Assembly (NCBI GenBank): GCA_010015585.1
Contig: ML975174.1
Origin: Eremomyces bilateralis CBS 781.70
Taxonomy: Eukaryota
Strand: one strand, 5' to 3'
DNA length: 47,147 bases
The translations under genes were made by a program, and so were the position numbers. Shown here one piece after another: positions 46,501 through 47,147 of the stretch; position 1 is the stretch's first letter, and the number at the start of each line of letters is the position of its first letter. A model generated the notes under the pieces. That model was not told the DNA's origin. It saw only the letters and a list, made by a program, of their open reading frames with translations, and did not search any database.

Positions 46501-47147
46501 AAGATTGTCCTAAAGAGCTCGAACGGGTTAAAGAAGTAGAGGTTCTCTGCATGCGTTCGTAAACCGGCCTCAGCCTCCCCACGGCGGCCACTCGGGAGCT
46601 TGTTAGCACTGAGGGTAATCGGTTTAGAGCGGATTTCGAGGAGGGGCAGTTGTTCGTTCACTTGTTTCTTTATAGTATCAACCCTTTTAGGGAGCTTGCT
46701 GATCTCTTTATTGCTAGTAAGGTTCAGAACCTCAACGAGCGCCTTATACTGGGACCGAGGGACACCGTACTGCTGTACCCATGTGCCCATTGCAAGGGCG
46801 AAGTCAGTCATTGGCTGGGTGGCAATCCTGCGTGGCAGAGGTAGAGAGGTATCTGAAGGAATGAAATACTTGGAGTTGGCAGCGAAGGGGTGAGGAGCTT
46901 CTTGGGTAACTTGACTTGTCTCCGTGTTAGCCACCGTCTGACTACTAATAGTAGCGGTCTCTTCATCGGATTCGATATCGTTAGCAACAGGCGTTAAATC
47001 CTCGATATCCTCTGCCGGGAACTGGTATTCAGCAAGTTCACGACGGTCATCCAGGGTAGGCATCGTCTCATTAAGCTCGCTTGCTAGCATGGCCTGCGTA
47101 CCCCCGAGTATGGCTTCGAAGCTATCAAACCCAAGGTCTTCTTCAGT
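43503..47147 (-). CDS. Large CACTA/Plavaka-like (CMC-related) DDE transposase-like protein, 5'-truncated by the window edge; introns 43892-43947 and 43742-43787
   Basis: Motifs YLDGFGLFRN, FLAFIGDMPQQ, CRFC, GDMAHSEAGGI, PNVHAALHY, GELKHR; frame is open to the window end; two canonical introns extend it to ...GMLGRIDQIFIH...LVGLPSI...IQFM* at 43503. Confidence 0.7.

Overview
Intron-containing genomic DNA from a filamentous ascomycete (Pezizomycotina-type genes; GT-AG introns with CTRAC/CTAAC branch sites). The left part (1-17.4 kb) holds conserved signalling and cytoskeleton genes: a kinase-like protein with a degenerate catalytic loop, dynactin Arp11/RO7, the Ste7 MAPKK, a Ser/Pro-rich conserved protein and a Bud2-like PH/C2/RasGAP. 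From 17.7 to 22.8 kb there is a decayed accessory patch with a non-autonomous TIR element, an intact Fot1/pogo transposon (TA TSD), probable remnants of a Zn2Cys6-type transcription factor and a Gfo/Idh/MocA oxidoreductase carrying one nonsense codon. It is followed by a homeobox/C2H2 transcription factor, a multi-exon BVMO-type flavin monooxygenase, an O-methyltransferase, a histidine phosphatase, a Mutator-like MITE with a perfect 9-bp TSD, an MFS transporter, a GH93-like arabinanase and an acyltransferase-3. The window ends inside a >1100-aa CACTA/Plavaka-like transposase gene. The most interesting items are (i) a 38-codon gene, too short for the ORF track, encoding a Cys-rich peptide ending in a CaaX box (33445-33561, minus strand; candidate lipopeptide pheromone or lipidated Cys-rich peptide), (ii) the large, hard-to-classify DDE transposase at the right edge, and (iii) a repeated C-rich to G-rich switch in the 3' parts of many genes. 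All calls come from reading the sequence and recalled motifs; no searches were run.
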